Assembly (NCBI GenBank): GCA_016178685.1 | Contig: JACOSU010000073.1 | Coordinates: forward strand, 1 to 47,402 | Length of the DNA: 47,402 nucleotides | Source of the DNA: Candidatus Eiseniibacteriota bacterium | Lineage (GTDB): Bacteria; Eisenbacteria; RBG-16-71-46 | Direction: 5' to 3' | In this document: one piece after another, positions 28,510-36,865 of the stretch | How the letters are laid out: every line of letters starts with the position of its first letter | How positions within the stretch are numbered: position 1 is the first letter of the stretch | Notes under the pieces: model-generated | Seen by the model: only the letters and a program-made list of their open reading frames with translations | What the model was told of the DNA's origin: nothing | Database searches by the model: none | Made by a program: the position numbers and the translations under genes

Positions 28510-29294
28510 GGCTTGATTGCCACCGTGCCGATCACGTGCGCGAGGTGGATTCCGGCGCGCGTCGCGAGCAGCCGGGCGCGCAGCCCTTCCCACCCCCCGT
28601 TCCACCACGCCGGACCGCGCGGATCGAGCGGCAGCACGAAGCCGGCGCCTCGCTTCAGCAGCTCGCGCACCACGCGATACGCGAGCCCCGGCACCATGAA
28701 TTCGCCGTAGGTGCGACGCACGCGCAGCCCGCTTCGCTCGCACAGCCGCTCGAGCCGGCCCGGCGTGAACTGCGTCTCCCAACCCGCGAACCACGCGTTG
28801 CAGAGGATCAGCGCGTTCTTCATCACGGTGTAAAGATGCAGCGTCTGCGGCACGTCGACGACCACGCGTCCGCCGCTCGCCGTCACGCGCGAGGTCTCGC
28901 GCAGTAGCGGCATCGGATCGCGGAAGTGCTCGAGCAGCCCCTGGTGGAACACCACGTCGAGCGCCCCGTCGCGGAACGGCATCGCGAGCGCGTCGGCCCT
29001 CACCAGGTGCACGGTCACGCCCTGTTCGTGCGCCTGGCGCGCCACCAGCTCGAGCGAGGCGGGGGAATAGTCGAGCACCAGGCCGATCGCGCCGGCGCGC
29101 GCGAGCCCCAGCGTGTCGCGCCCCGAGCCGGCGCCCACTTCGAGCACGCGCAACCCTTGGACCGCGCCGTCGGCGAGCACCTCGCGCGCGAGCCGTCCGC
29201 CGGTCGAGTACGTGCGATCGAGATCGGCGTGGCCCTTCCAGTACGATTCCCAGTGGTCGAGCGTCGAGAGGCGGCTCGGTGCGGGCGCGCTCAT
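28506..29294 (-). CDS. Class I SAM-dependent methyltransferase
   Basis: VLEVGAGSG, LDYS, DALAMPF, HQGLLEHF. Confidence 0.83.
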   Translation of the reverse strand: MSAPAPSRLSTLDHWESYWKGHADLDRTYSTGGRLAREVLADGAVQGLRVLEVGAGSGRDTLGLARAGAIGLVLDYSPASLELVARQAHEQGVTVHLVRADALAMPFRDGALDVVFHQGLLEHFRDPMPLLRETSRVTASGGRVVVDVPQTLHLYTVMKNALILCNAWFAGWETQFTPGRLERLCERSGLRVRRTYGEFMVPGLAYRVVRELLKRGAGFVLPLDPRGPAWWNGGWEGLRARLLATRAGIHLAHVIGTVAIKP

Positions 29295-29295
29295 C

Positions 29296-30021
29296 TCATT
29301 CCCCCCACCGCAGGCGCTCGGCGAGGAACGCGGGCAGCGAGGCTTCGCGAATGCGGCGCATCGCGCCCTCGACGTCGTACTCGACCCGGAGGTGGCGCAG
29401 CTCGCGGGTGCGATCGTCGAACAGCAGGTAGCCCGCGCGCGGATCCCCGTCGCGCGGCTGCCCCACGCTGCCCGCGTTCACGAGGTAGCGCCTGCCGGGC
29501 GCCATGCGGACGTCCGGCGTCCGGCTGTAGCGCGCGCGGCCGCCGTCGAGCTCGAACGTGCCGGGATAGTGCGAATGGCCGACCAGCACCAGCGATTCTT
29601 CGCACGACGCCATCTCCGCTTCGGCGTCCGCCGGCGAGAGCACGTAGTTCCATTCCTCGGGATGGAGCGGCGAGGAGTGGACCAGCAGCGCTCCGCGCCA
29701 CGGCGCCGAGAACGGCAGCCGCTCGAGCCACTCGCGGTTTTCGGCCGTGAGGCTGGTGTCGGTCCAGCGCGCCGCCATCGCGGCTTCGTGGTTGAACCCG
29801 CCGAGCCGCAGCTTCCCGCACGCGGCCAGGTCGTGATTGCCCACCACGGCGGCTTCGAGCCGCGGCCGCAGCCGTTCGATGCATTCGTTCGGCGATGCTC
29901 CGTATCCCACGAAATCGCCGAGGCAGACGACGCTCGCCGGGCGATGACGCTCGAGGTCGGCGAGCACGGCCTCGAGCGCTTCGAGATTGCCGTGGATGTC
30001 GGACACGACGGCGTGCAGCAT
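29296..30021 (-). CDS. Metallophosphoesterase (calcineurin-like, Metallophos_2)
   Basis: SDIHGN, CLGDFVGYG, GNHD, VGHSH, NAGSVGQPRDGD. Confidence 0.88.
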   Translation of the reverse strand: MLHAVVSDIHGNLEALEAVLADLERHRPASVVCLGDFVGYGASPNECIERLRPRLEAAVVGNHDLAACGKLRLGGFNHEAAMAARWTDTSLTAENREWLERLPFSAPWRGALLVHSSPLHPEEWNYVLSPADAEAEMASCEESLVLVGHSHYPGTFELDGGRARYSRTPDVRMAPGRRYLVNAGSVGQPRDGDPRAGYLLFDDRTRELRHLRVEYDVEGAMRRIREASLPAFLAERLRWGE

Positions 30022-30455
30022 CAGAACTCTCCCGGTCGCAGCCGCCTCGCGACCTGGTCGAGCACGCCGTTGACGAAGCCTCCCGAAGCCTCCGATCCGA
30101 ACCGCTTCGCGATGTCGATCGCCTCGTCGAGCACTACGCGCGCGGGCGTGCCAGGCCGCGCCGCCAGCTCCGCGGTCGCCGAGCGCAGCACCGAACGGTC
30201 GGTGGCCGCCAGCCGCGGCAGGCTCCATCGTTCCGCCGCTCGGGTGATCGACGCGTCCACCTCGGCTCCGTGCGCCTCGAGGTGCGCGATCAGGTCCGAC
30301 ACCAGCTGCGCCTGATCCTCGCTCAGGTGTTCCTCGTTGCGCAGCGCGCGCCACACCGCGGCGTAGCAATCGGTCGTCACGTCCGCCTGGTACACGACGC
30401 GGAACGCGACTTCCCGCGCGCGGCGGCGCGCCGATTCCACGGCGCGAGCCCTCAC
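30021..30455 (-). CDS. nusB: Transcription antitermination factor NusB
   Basis: ARRRARE arginine motif, WSLPRL..TDR, DEAIDIAKRFG, FVNGVLD; follows ribH; start 30455 or 30440. Confidence 0.9.
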   Translation of the reverse strand: MRARAVESARRRAREVAFRVVYQADVTTDCYAAVWRALRNEEHLSEDQAQLVSDLIAHLEAHGAEVDASITRAAERWSLPRLAATDRSVLRSATAELAARPGTPARVVLDEAIDIAKRFGSEASGGFVNGVLDQVARRLRPGEF

Positions 30456-30925
30456 GCGCCCGCCTCCCGCTTCAGTCGCGCCATCTGCACCGCGGCGAGC
30501 GCCACCTCGGCGCCGCGGTTGCCGAGCGCGCCGCCGGTGCGCGCTTCGGCCTGCGCCGCGTCGTGCACGGCCAGCACGCCGTTCAGCACCGGCACTCCGG
30601 TGTCGAGCGAGACGCGCAGCAATCCGTTCGAGGACGCATCCGCCACCAGCCGGAAGTGCTCGGTCTCGCCGCGGATCACGGCGCCGAACGCCAGCACGGC
30701 GTCGAAGCGTCCGCTCGCCGCCGCCCAGCGCGCCGCGAGCGGCAGCTCGAACGCGCCCGGCACCCAGAATCGCTCGATCGCGCCCTGGGCGGCGCCGCGC
30801 CGCACCAGCACCTCGATCGCGGCGTCGGCCATGCGCTTCACGTACGCCTCGTTGAATCGAGAGGCCACGATCGCGAAGCGCAGTCCGCCGGCGCCGAGGT
30901 CCGGCTCGTGTTCGATGACGCTCAC
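30452..30925 (-). CDS. ribH: 6,7-dimethyl-8-ribityllumazine synthase
   Basis: [33 protein letters not shown]. Confidence 0.93.
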   Translation of the reverse strand: MSVIEHEPDLGAGGLRFAIVASRFNEAYVKRMADAAIEVLVRRGAAQGAIERFWVPGAFELPLAARWAAASGRFDAVLAFGAVIRGETEHFRLVADASSNGLLRVSLDTGVPVLNGVLAVHDAAQAEARTGGALGNRGAEVALAAVQMARLKREAGA

Positions 30926-32298
30926 GTCTCACCCAACTTGAGATCCAGCAGGTGGCCCAGCTTGTCCCGCTTGGTCGCCAGGTAGCGGCGGTTGTGTCGC
31001 GTGGGTGGAATCGCGATCGGAGCGCGCTTCACGATGGTCAGCCCGTGCGCCTCGAGTCCCACGATCTTCCGCGGATTGTTGGTCAGCAGTTCGATACTGC
31101 GCACGCCGAGATCCGCGAGGATCTGGGCGCCGATCCCATAGTCGCGCAGGTCGGGGGCGAAACCGAGCTTCACGTTCGCCTCGACCGTGTCCAGGCCGCG
31201 GTCCTGCAGCGCGTAGGCCTTGAGCTTGTTCGCGAGGCCGATACCGCGCCCCTCCTGCCGCAGGTAAAGGAACACGCCGCGTCCACGCCGCGCGATCGCG
31301 CACAGCGCCGAGTGCATCTGCGCGCCGCAATCGCAGCGCAGCGATCCGAACACGTCGCCGGTCAGGCACTGCGAGTGCACGCGCACCAGCACCGGACCGC
31401 CGCGCCGCACGTCGCCACGCACCAGCGCCACGTGATGATCGCCCTCGAGGCGGCTGCGGTAGAGGTGAAGCTGGAACTTCCCCTCGGGCATCGGCAGCGG
31501 CACCGAGACTTCGCGCACCACCTGCACTTCGCGCCGCCGGCGGTATTCGATCAGATCGCGGATGGTGAGGATGCCGATGCGGTGCCGGCGCGCGAAGCGC
31601 ACCAGTTCGGGCAGCCGCATCATGCTGCCGTCGTCGCTCAGGATTTCGCACAGCGCCCCGACCGGGCGCAGCCCCGCGAGGCGGCACAGGTCGGGAACCG
31701 CCTCGGTGTGGCCCGCGCGCCGCAGCACGCCGCCCGGAACCCCGCGCAGCGGGAACACGTGACCGGGCCGCACGAAATCGCGCGTGCGCGTGCGGGGCGA
31801 AGCCAGCGCGCGCAGCGTGCGCACGCGGTCGAACACCGAGGTGCCGGTGGTGGTGCCGCGCACCGCGTCGACCGACTCTGTGAACGGCGTGCCGAACCGC
31901 GAAGTGTTGTTCGACACCATGAGCTGGAGCCCCAGCCGGTCGGCCTCCTCGGGCTCCATCGGCGCGCACAGGATGCCGCGCCCGTGCTTGACCGCGAAAT
32001 TCACCAGCTCGGGGCTGGCTTTCTCGGCCGCGAACACGACGTCGCCCTCGTTCTCGCGCTCCGCGTCGTCCACCACGATCACCATCCGGCCGGCCCGGAT
32101 GCGGGCGACGGCCTGTTCGACGGTGAGCATCACGGCGGCGGCCGCGGACGGCGGCTGGACGCGGCCCGTGGCGCTTCGAATCGGGGCAGGCTTTCCCGCG
32201 CTCGGATGACGCGCGTCCGGGCCTGCGTCTGGACGCCGCGCGCGCGGGTCCGCGCCCGGGCGGCCCGCGCGGGTCCGCGCGGTTCGGATTCGTTTCAC
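30922..32298 (-). CDS. ribBA: Bifunctional DHBP synthase / GTP cyclohydrolase II
   Basis: [52 protein letters not shown]; start either GTG 32298 (overlaps ribE stop) or ATG 32130. Confidence 0.93.
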   Translation of the reverse strand: MKRIRTARTRAGRPGADPRARRPDAGPDARHPSAGKPAPIRSATGRVQPPSAAAAVMLTVEQAVARIRAGRMVIVVDDAERENEGDVVFAAEKASPELVNFAVKHGRGILCAPMEPEEADRLGLQLMVSNNTSRFGTPFTESVDAVRGTTTGTSVFDRVRTLRALASPRTRTRDFVRPGHVFPLRGVPGGVLRRAGHTEAVPDLCRLAGLRPVGALCEILSDDGSMMRLPELVRFARRHRIGILTIRDLIEYRRRREVQVVREVSVPLPMPEGKFQLHLYRSRLEGDHHVALVRGDVRRGGPVLVRVHSQCLTGDVFGSLRCDCGAQMHSALCAIARRGRGVFLYLRQEGRGIGLANKLKAYALQDRGLDTVEANVKLGFAPDLRDYGIGAQILADLGVRSIELLTNNPRKIVGLEAHGLTIVKRAPIAIPPTRHNRRYLATKRDKLGHLLDLKLGET

Positions 32299-32906
32299 TT
32301 CGTCTCCCCCTCGACGCCGGCGACGTCGGTCAGTCGCGCCAGATAGCGCGCGATCAGGTCCACCTCGAGATTCACGCGCCTCCCGGGGGCGTAGGCTCCC
32401 GCCACCGTCACCGCCAGCGTGTGAGGAATGTACGCGATTTCGCAGCCTTCCGGGACCAGTGCCGCGACCGTGAGACTCACGCCGTCCACCGCGATCGATC
32501 CTTTCTCGGCCACGTAACGAAGCAGCGGCCGCGGCACCGCGAGCGTGATGCGGCGACCGTTGCCTTCGGGAACCACACGTCTCACTTCCGCCACGTCGTC
32601 GACGTGGCCCTGCACGAGGTGTCCACCCAGACGCTGGTCGAACCGCAACGATCGTTCCAGATTCACCGGCTCGCCCGGCTCGAGCGCGCCGAGCGTGGTG
32701 CGGCGCAACGTTTCGGGCACCGCCTCGACTTCGAACGATCCCGGCGTGAGGCCCACGATCGTAAGGCAGCAACCGTTGATCGCGACGCTGTCGCCTGGCC
32801 CCGCGTCCTCGCGAACGCGCGATGCGGAAATCCAGTACCGCCGGCCCTGGGGCCGCGCTTCCAGCTTCTCGATGCGGCCCATCTCCTCGACCAGCCCGGT
32901 GAACAT
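32295..32906 (-). CDS. ribE: Riboflavin synthase (alpha chain)
   Basis: Diagnostic MFTGLVE start, [28 protein letters not shown]. Confidence 0.93.
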   Translation of the reverse strand: MFTGLVEEMGRIEKLEARPQGRRYWISASRVREDAGPGDSVAINGCCLTIVGLTPGSFEVEAVPETLRRTTLGALEPGEPVNLERSLRFDQRLGGHLVQGHVDDVAEVRRVVPEGNGRRITLAVPRPLLRYVAEKGSIAVDGVSLTVAALVPEGCEIAYIPHTLAVTVAGAYAPGRRVNLEVDLIARYLARLTDVAGVEGETK

Positions 32907-34009
32907 CAGCGCCTGACCTCCACGCGCAGCAGCGCGTCCCTGCCCAGGCGCCGGGCCTCGATCACTCGGCCCTCGATCGCACTCGGAAGCGCGAGCGGCC
33001 CGAGCGCACCGGGCCAGCCGAGCGCTTCTCCGCCCAGCACGCGCGGCGCCACGTACACCAGCCATTCGTCGATCAGCCCGGATCGCAGCCACGCCGCGCC
33101 CAGCGCGGGACCGGACTCGAGCAACACGTCGTGACAACCGGCCGCCGCCAGCCGTCGCGCCAGCGCGCGCGTGGAGATCCCCACCCCCGAGCGCGGCAGG
33201 CGCCACACTTTGACTCCGCGCCGCTCGAGCGCGCGGCTCCTCGCCGCACTCGCCTCGCGAGCGCATGCCACGACCGTGCCGCGTGCCAGCGCTCCGAACA
33301 GCCGGAGCGAGAGCGGCAGCGAGAGACGCGTGTCGCACACCACTCGGAGCGGCTGCATCCGGACGCGCGCGCCGCGCGCCGTGAGACGCGGATCATCGGC
33401 GCGCGCCGTGCCGGCGCCGATCACGATCGCGTCACTCTGCGCGCGCGCCCTCTGTGCGTGCTCGCGCGAGGCCCTGGACGTGATCCAGCGCGACCGGCCC
33501 TCGGCGTCGGCCACGCGGCCATCGAGCGTCGCGCCCAGCTTCCACGTCACTCGCGGACGGCCCTCGAGATGCGCCAGCCGGTAGCCCTCGAGCGCCGCGC
33601 GCGCCTCCTGGGCGCACACGCCGACTTCGACGCGGACGCCTCTCTCACGCAGGCGGCGCAGTCCCCGTCCGTTCACGATGACGTGCGGATCGCGGATCGC
33701 CACCACGCAGCGGCGGATTCCGGCGGCGGCGATCGCGTCCACGCAGGGTGGAGTGCGGCCGGTGTGCGCGCACGGCTCGAGCGTGACGTAGAGCGTCGCG
33801 CCGCGGGCGCCACGGCCGGCGCGGCGAAGCGCCACCGCCTCGGCGTGAGGCTGGCCGGCCGCCGTATGCCAGCCCTCGCCGACCACGCGGGCGCCCCGCA
33901 CCACCACCGCACCCACGATCGGATTGGGCCGCGTGCGGCCGCGCCCGCGCTCGGCCAGCGCGAGCGCCCGCTTCATGAAACCGCGATCCTGTTCGGTTCT
34001 CGCGCTCAA
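32906..34009 (-). CDS. ribD: Bifunctional diaminohydroxyphosphoribosylaminopyrimidine deaminase/reductase
   Basis: [36 protein letters not shown]; TTG start with GAGGT SD (alternative ATG 33976). Confidence 0.92.
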   Translation of the reverse strand: MSARTEQDRGFMKRALALAERGRGRTRPNPIVGAVVVRGARVVGEGWHTAAGQPHAEAVALRRAGRGARGATLYVTLEPCAHTGRTPPCVDAIAAAGIRRCVVAIRDPHVIVNGRGLRRLRERGVRVEVGVCAQEARAALEGYRLAHLEGRPRVTWKLGATLDGRVADAEGRSRWITSRASREHAQRARAQSDAIVIGAGTARADDPRLTARGARVRMQPLRVVCDTRLSLPLSLRLFGALARGTVVACAREASAARSRALERRGVKVWRLPRSGVGISTRALARRLAAAGCHDVLLESGPALGAAWLRSGLIDEWLVYVAPRVLGGEALGWPGALGPLALPSAIEGRVIEARRLGRDALLRVEVRR

Positions 34010-34022
34010 CTTGACCTCAATG

Positions 34023-34050
34023 AAAAAGCCCCGTGGCCGAACCACGGGGC
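34023..34050 (-). terminator. Intrinsic terminator, expression platform of the FMN riboswitch
   Basis: Minus strand GCCCCGTGG-TTCGG-CCACGGGGC-TTTTT: 9-bp stem plus U-tract just upstream of ribD. Confidence 0.85.
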
Positions 34051-34094
34051 GGAACGCTCGACGCGTTTCGAGTTCCGGGCAAAGCCCGTCCCTT

Positions 34095-34263
34095 CTCCTT
34101 CTTCCATCCCGACTGTCACGGTCGGCTCCGGAACCTCGCCGGATCAGCAGGAGACGCCCGGCTCTCTGGCCTTCGCACGCGGTCCCCAGAGGGACCGTAC
34201 GCCGGACGCTTCCGCTCGCGGGCTTTACCGCCGGTGGGGACTTCTCACCCCGCCCCGAAGGAG
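34095..34263 (-). ncRNA. FMN riboswitch (RFN element)
   Basis: Minus strand CTCCTTCGGGGCGGGGTGAGAAGTCCCCACCGGCGGTAAAGCCCGCGAG...GATCCGGCGAGGTTCCGGAGCCGACCGTGACAGTCGGGATGGAAGAAGGAG; P1 CTCCTTC/GAAGGAG; upstream of the rib operon. Confidence 0.93.
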
Positions 34264-34275
34264 CATTGACCGCTG

Positions 34276-34305
34276 AGCATAGCCGCGCGCCGTTTCGCGA
34301 GTCAA
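34276..34305 (-). promoter_or_regulatory. Sigma70-type promoter for the riboswitch/rib operon
   Basis: TTGACT-N18-TATGCT, ending 12 nt before the riboswitch P1. Confidence 0.65.
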
Positions 34306-34366
34306 AAAGCCGCGGGCGCTTCCGGGCGCCGCGGTGCGAGGGGCCCCGGCCGTGAAGGCGCGTGAA

Positions 34367-34945
34367 TCAGTAGTGGAACACCAGCCGGAGCGATCCCAGA
34401 GCCCAGGTTTCGGACTCGAGGAACGCGAAACGCAGACCGGCTTCGAGGCCCACCGCGACCGGACGCGGCCCGGCGGGCAAGAGCGCGGCATCGAACGCCA
34501 CGCCGGAACGCAGCCCGTAGACTTCGAGGTCTTCGAACGCGAGGCCCGAGGAGGACGAAGTGATCTCGGCACGCGCGTTCATGACACCCACCCCCATCGA
34601 GAGCCGGCGCACGGGTCCGAGGCGCCGGGGGGTCCAGTGTGCCATCAGCGTCGCTTCAAACAGGCCATAGTCGAGGTTCGCGTTCAAGCTTCCGCGCTCC
34701 ACGGTGCGCGTTCCGAGCAGGTGAATGCCGATGTCGGGACCGATGCGCAGGCTGGATGTGATCGGATGATCCACACCGGCCCCCACCGAGAATCCGCCCG
34801 AGGGCGCGTCGGCGATGAACAGGCGCCCGTAGCCGATCGCGAGGTGGCCACGCCAATCGGCGAACGCCGCGTGCGACGTCGCGGGCGCGAGCAGCGCGAC
34901 GACCGAAAGCATCCACGCGAGGGAGCGGACCGCAATGCGCGTCAT
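34367..34945 (-). CDS. Small outer-membrane beta-barrel-like protein
   Basis: Signal peptide ending SHA, alternating amphipathic strands, C-terminal LRLVFHY with terminal aromatic residue. Confidence 0.6.
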   Translation of the reverse strand: MTRIAVRSLAWMLSVVALLAPATSHAAFADWRGHLAIGYGRLFIADAPSGGFSVGAGVDHPITSSLRIGPDIGIHLLGTRTVERGSLNANLDYGLFEATLMAHWTPRRLGPVRRLSMGVGVMNARAEITSSSSGLAFEDLEVYGLRSGVAFDAALLPAGPRPVAVGLEAGLRFAFLESETWALGSLRLVFHY

Positions 34946-34977
34946 CGGATCATCCTTTCGCCCGCGCGATGCGCGCG

Positions 34978-36012
34978 TCACTTGTTGAAGCGGATCTCGA
35001 GACAGTCGCCGTCGCACACTTCGTAATCGCGACCTTCGAGCCGCAGCCACCCTTTCTCGCGGGCCTTCGCGTGGCCGCCCGCCTCGATCAGCCGCTCCCA
35101 CTCGATCACTTCGGCCCGGATGAAGCCCTTCGCGAGGTCGGAATGGATCTCGCCCGCCGCTTCGACCGCCTTCTCTCCGCGTCGGATCTCCCACGCCCGC
35201 ACTTCGTCGGGTCCCACCGTCAGGAACGAGATCAGCCCGAGCAACTCGTAGCAAGCCCGGATCACGAGCGACAGACCGTCGTCCTCGATCCCCAGCTCGC
35301 GACGAAACGTCTCGCGTTCCGCGGGCGGAAGCGAAACGATCTCGCGCTCGAGGTGGGCCTTGAGCGCCACGGCCATAGCGCGGCCGGACGGCGCCGCCCG
35401 GGCGCCGCTCGACGCGTCATCCTGGTTGTACACCACCAGCCGCGGCTTCAGCGAAAGAAGCTGAAAGCCGCGCAGCGTGCGCATTTCCTCGGGGAGGAAC
35501 GTGCCGCCCGAAAGCGGCTGCTCGGCTTCGAGCATGCGCTTGCAGCGCTCGAGCAGTCTGTGTTCGGCTTCGTTCTGCTTCCTGCCGATGCGCAGCTCCT
35601 TGGCCACCTTCTCGAGCCGGTTCTCGACGATCGCGAGATCGTTGAGGATCAGCTCGGCCTCAAGCGCGTCCAGGTCGCGCGCGGCATGGGGAGCCTCGCC
35701 CGCGAGCGTGAAATCGCGCACGATCAGGACCAGGCAGTCACACGAGCGCACTGATCCGAACAGGTCGGCGCCCTTCGCGGCCGAGCGCGCGCTGACCCCT
35801 CCGGCCGCCGCGCTGTCCACGAACTGGATCTGGGTATGGGTGGTCTTCTTCGGCTGATAGAGCGCCGAGAGCCGGTCCACGCGCTCATCGGGCACTCGTA
35901 CCACGCCGACTTGCTCGCGCGACGGGCTCGCGGAGCCGGCGCCCTGCATCAGGATTTGGAACAACGTGGTTTTTCCGGACTGGGGAAGCCCCAGAATGCC
36001 GACGCGCTTCAT
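34978..36012 (-). CDS. ychF: YchF/Ola1-family ATPase (divergent)
   Basis: GLPQSGKTT, VRVPDERV..LS..YQPKK, LISFLTVGPDEVRAW, AGEIHSDLAKGFIRAEV, EGRDY...DGD. Confidence 0.85.
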   Translation of the reverse strand: MKRVGILGLPQSGKTTLFQILMQGAGSASPSREQVGVVRVPDERVDRLSALYQPKKTTHTQIQFVDSAAAGGVSARSAAKGADLFGSVRSCDCLVLIVRDFTLAGEAPHAARDLDALEAELILNDLAIVENRLEKVAKELRIGRKQNEAEHRLLERCKRMLEAEQPLSGGTFLPEEMRTLRGFQLLSLKPRLVVYNQDDASSGARAAPSGRAMAVALKAHLEREIVSLPPAERETFRRELGIEDDGLSLVIRACYELLGLISFLTVGPDEVRAWEIRRGEKAVEAAGEIHSDLAKGFIRAEVIEWERLIEAGGHAKAREKGWLRLEGRDYEVCDGDCLEIRFNK

Positions 36013-36113
36013 GCGGGGTACCCGGACAGGGAATCGCCCGCGCGACGCGTCACGCGGGCGGTGTGCTTCCCCGTGGCAGAGAGCCGCAGGGGTTGAATCG
36101 GAGCGAGCGCGGA

Positions 36114-36143
36114 AGTCTAGGCGCGCGCCGGCCGCGGTGTCAA
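36114..36143 (-). promoter_or_regulatory. Sigma70-type promoter upstream of ychF
   Basis: TTGACA-N18-TAGACT. Confidence 0.65.
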
Positions 36144-36162
36144 TCGACGCGAAGCGGTCGTC

Positions 36163-36417
36163 TCACTCGGCCGGGGCATCCATGCGAGCCTCGCGATACG
36201 CCAGCTCGAGCAGCTCCCTGAGCCGGGCGGAGACGGCGGGCGGAGTCGCGATCTGGCGGTCGGCCCGATAGAGCACGATGGTCTTCTGGACCGAATCCAC
36301 TTCCACCCTGCAGTTATGGCAGTCAGCGAGGTGCGCCTTGATGGCCCGACACAGCTCGTCGCGAGATTCATCATCCAGAAAGTCGGACAGCTGTTCCAGC
36401 ACCTCATCGCAATCCAC
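36163..36417 (-). CDS. zf-HC2 (ZAS) anti-sigma-factor-like small protein
   Basis: MDCDEVLEQLSDFLDDE...HLADCHNC (C..HxxxCxxC); GGAG SD before the GTG. Confidence 0.8.
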   Translation of the reverse strand: MDCDEVLEQLSDFLDDESRDELCRAIKAHLADCHNCRVEVDSVQKTIVLYRADRQIATPPAVSARLRELLELAYREARMDAPAE

Positions 36418-36630
36418 GGGTCTCCCCCCTGGTCCCGAAACTCCATCACGGCGCCCGGCCGGCGGGACGGCAGGGCTTCCGAGGGTCCCCCCTCACGTCC
36501 TGCGACCCGCGTTCGCCGCGGCAATTCCATGTAGATGCCCCCGGACCACGACAGGCTTGCAAAGTTTTGACATCGAAGCAAACGAAATCGCGATCCGGAC
36601 GGACAACCCCTGCGGGCGCCTCCCAAAGAA

Positions 36631-36706
36631 TGGTGACCCGTGCTGGGATCGAACCAGCGACTCCCTGCTTAAAAGGCAGGTGCTCTACCGACTGAGCTAA
36701 CGGGTC
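36631..36706 (-). tRNA. tRNA-Lys (TTT)
   Basis: GACCCGT/ACGGGTC acceptor stem, TAGCTCAGTCGGTAGAGC D-arm, CCTGC-CTTTTAA-GCAGG anticodon arm, GTTCGAT T-loop, encoded CCA; 76 nt. Confidence 0.96.
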
Positions 36707-36865
36707 ACCCGGGGACGCTCGATCCGCCGCCGCAAGCCTGCGCGCAAACCGCCACGAGCCGCAAGCGTTATCGCTGCCGGATGGACGAGGGGCGGGCGAG
36801 ACCCGGGCACCCTCGTGATCTTCGGCCCTGCGCAGCCCTGCGGCGGGTGGAATGGAGGTTCGCGC

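Noticed and set aside
36117-36626. 169-aa minus ORF and 140-aa plus ORF (36278-36700) around the tRNA
   Set aside because: They overlap the zf-HC2 gene, ychF promoter or tRNA and have no recognisable motifs.
36418-36630. Possible integrative element at the tRNA-Lys 3' end
   Set aside because: No integrase and no duplicated tRNA 3' end (att site) seen in the window; flanking genes are housekeeping.
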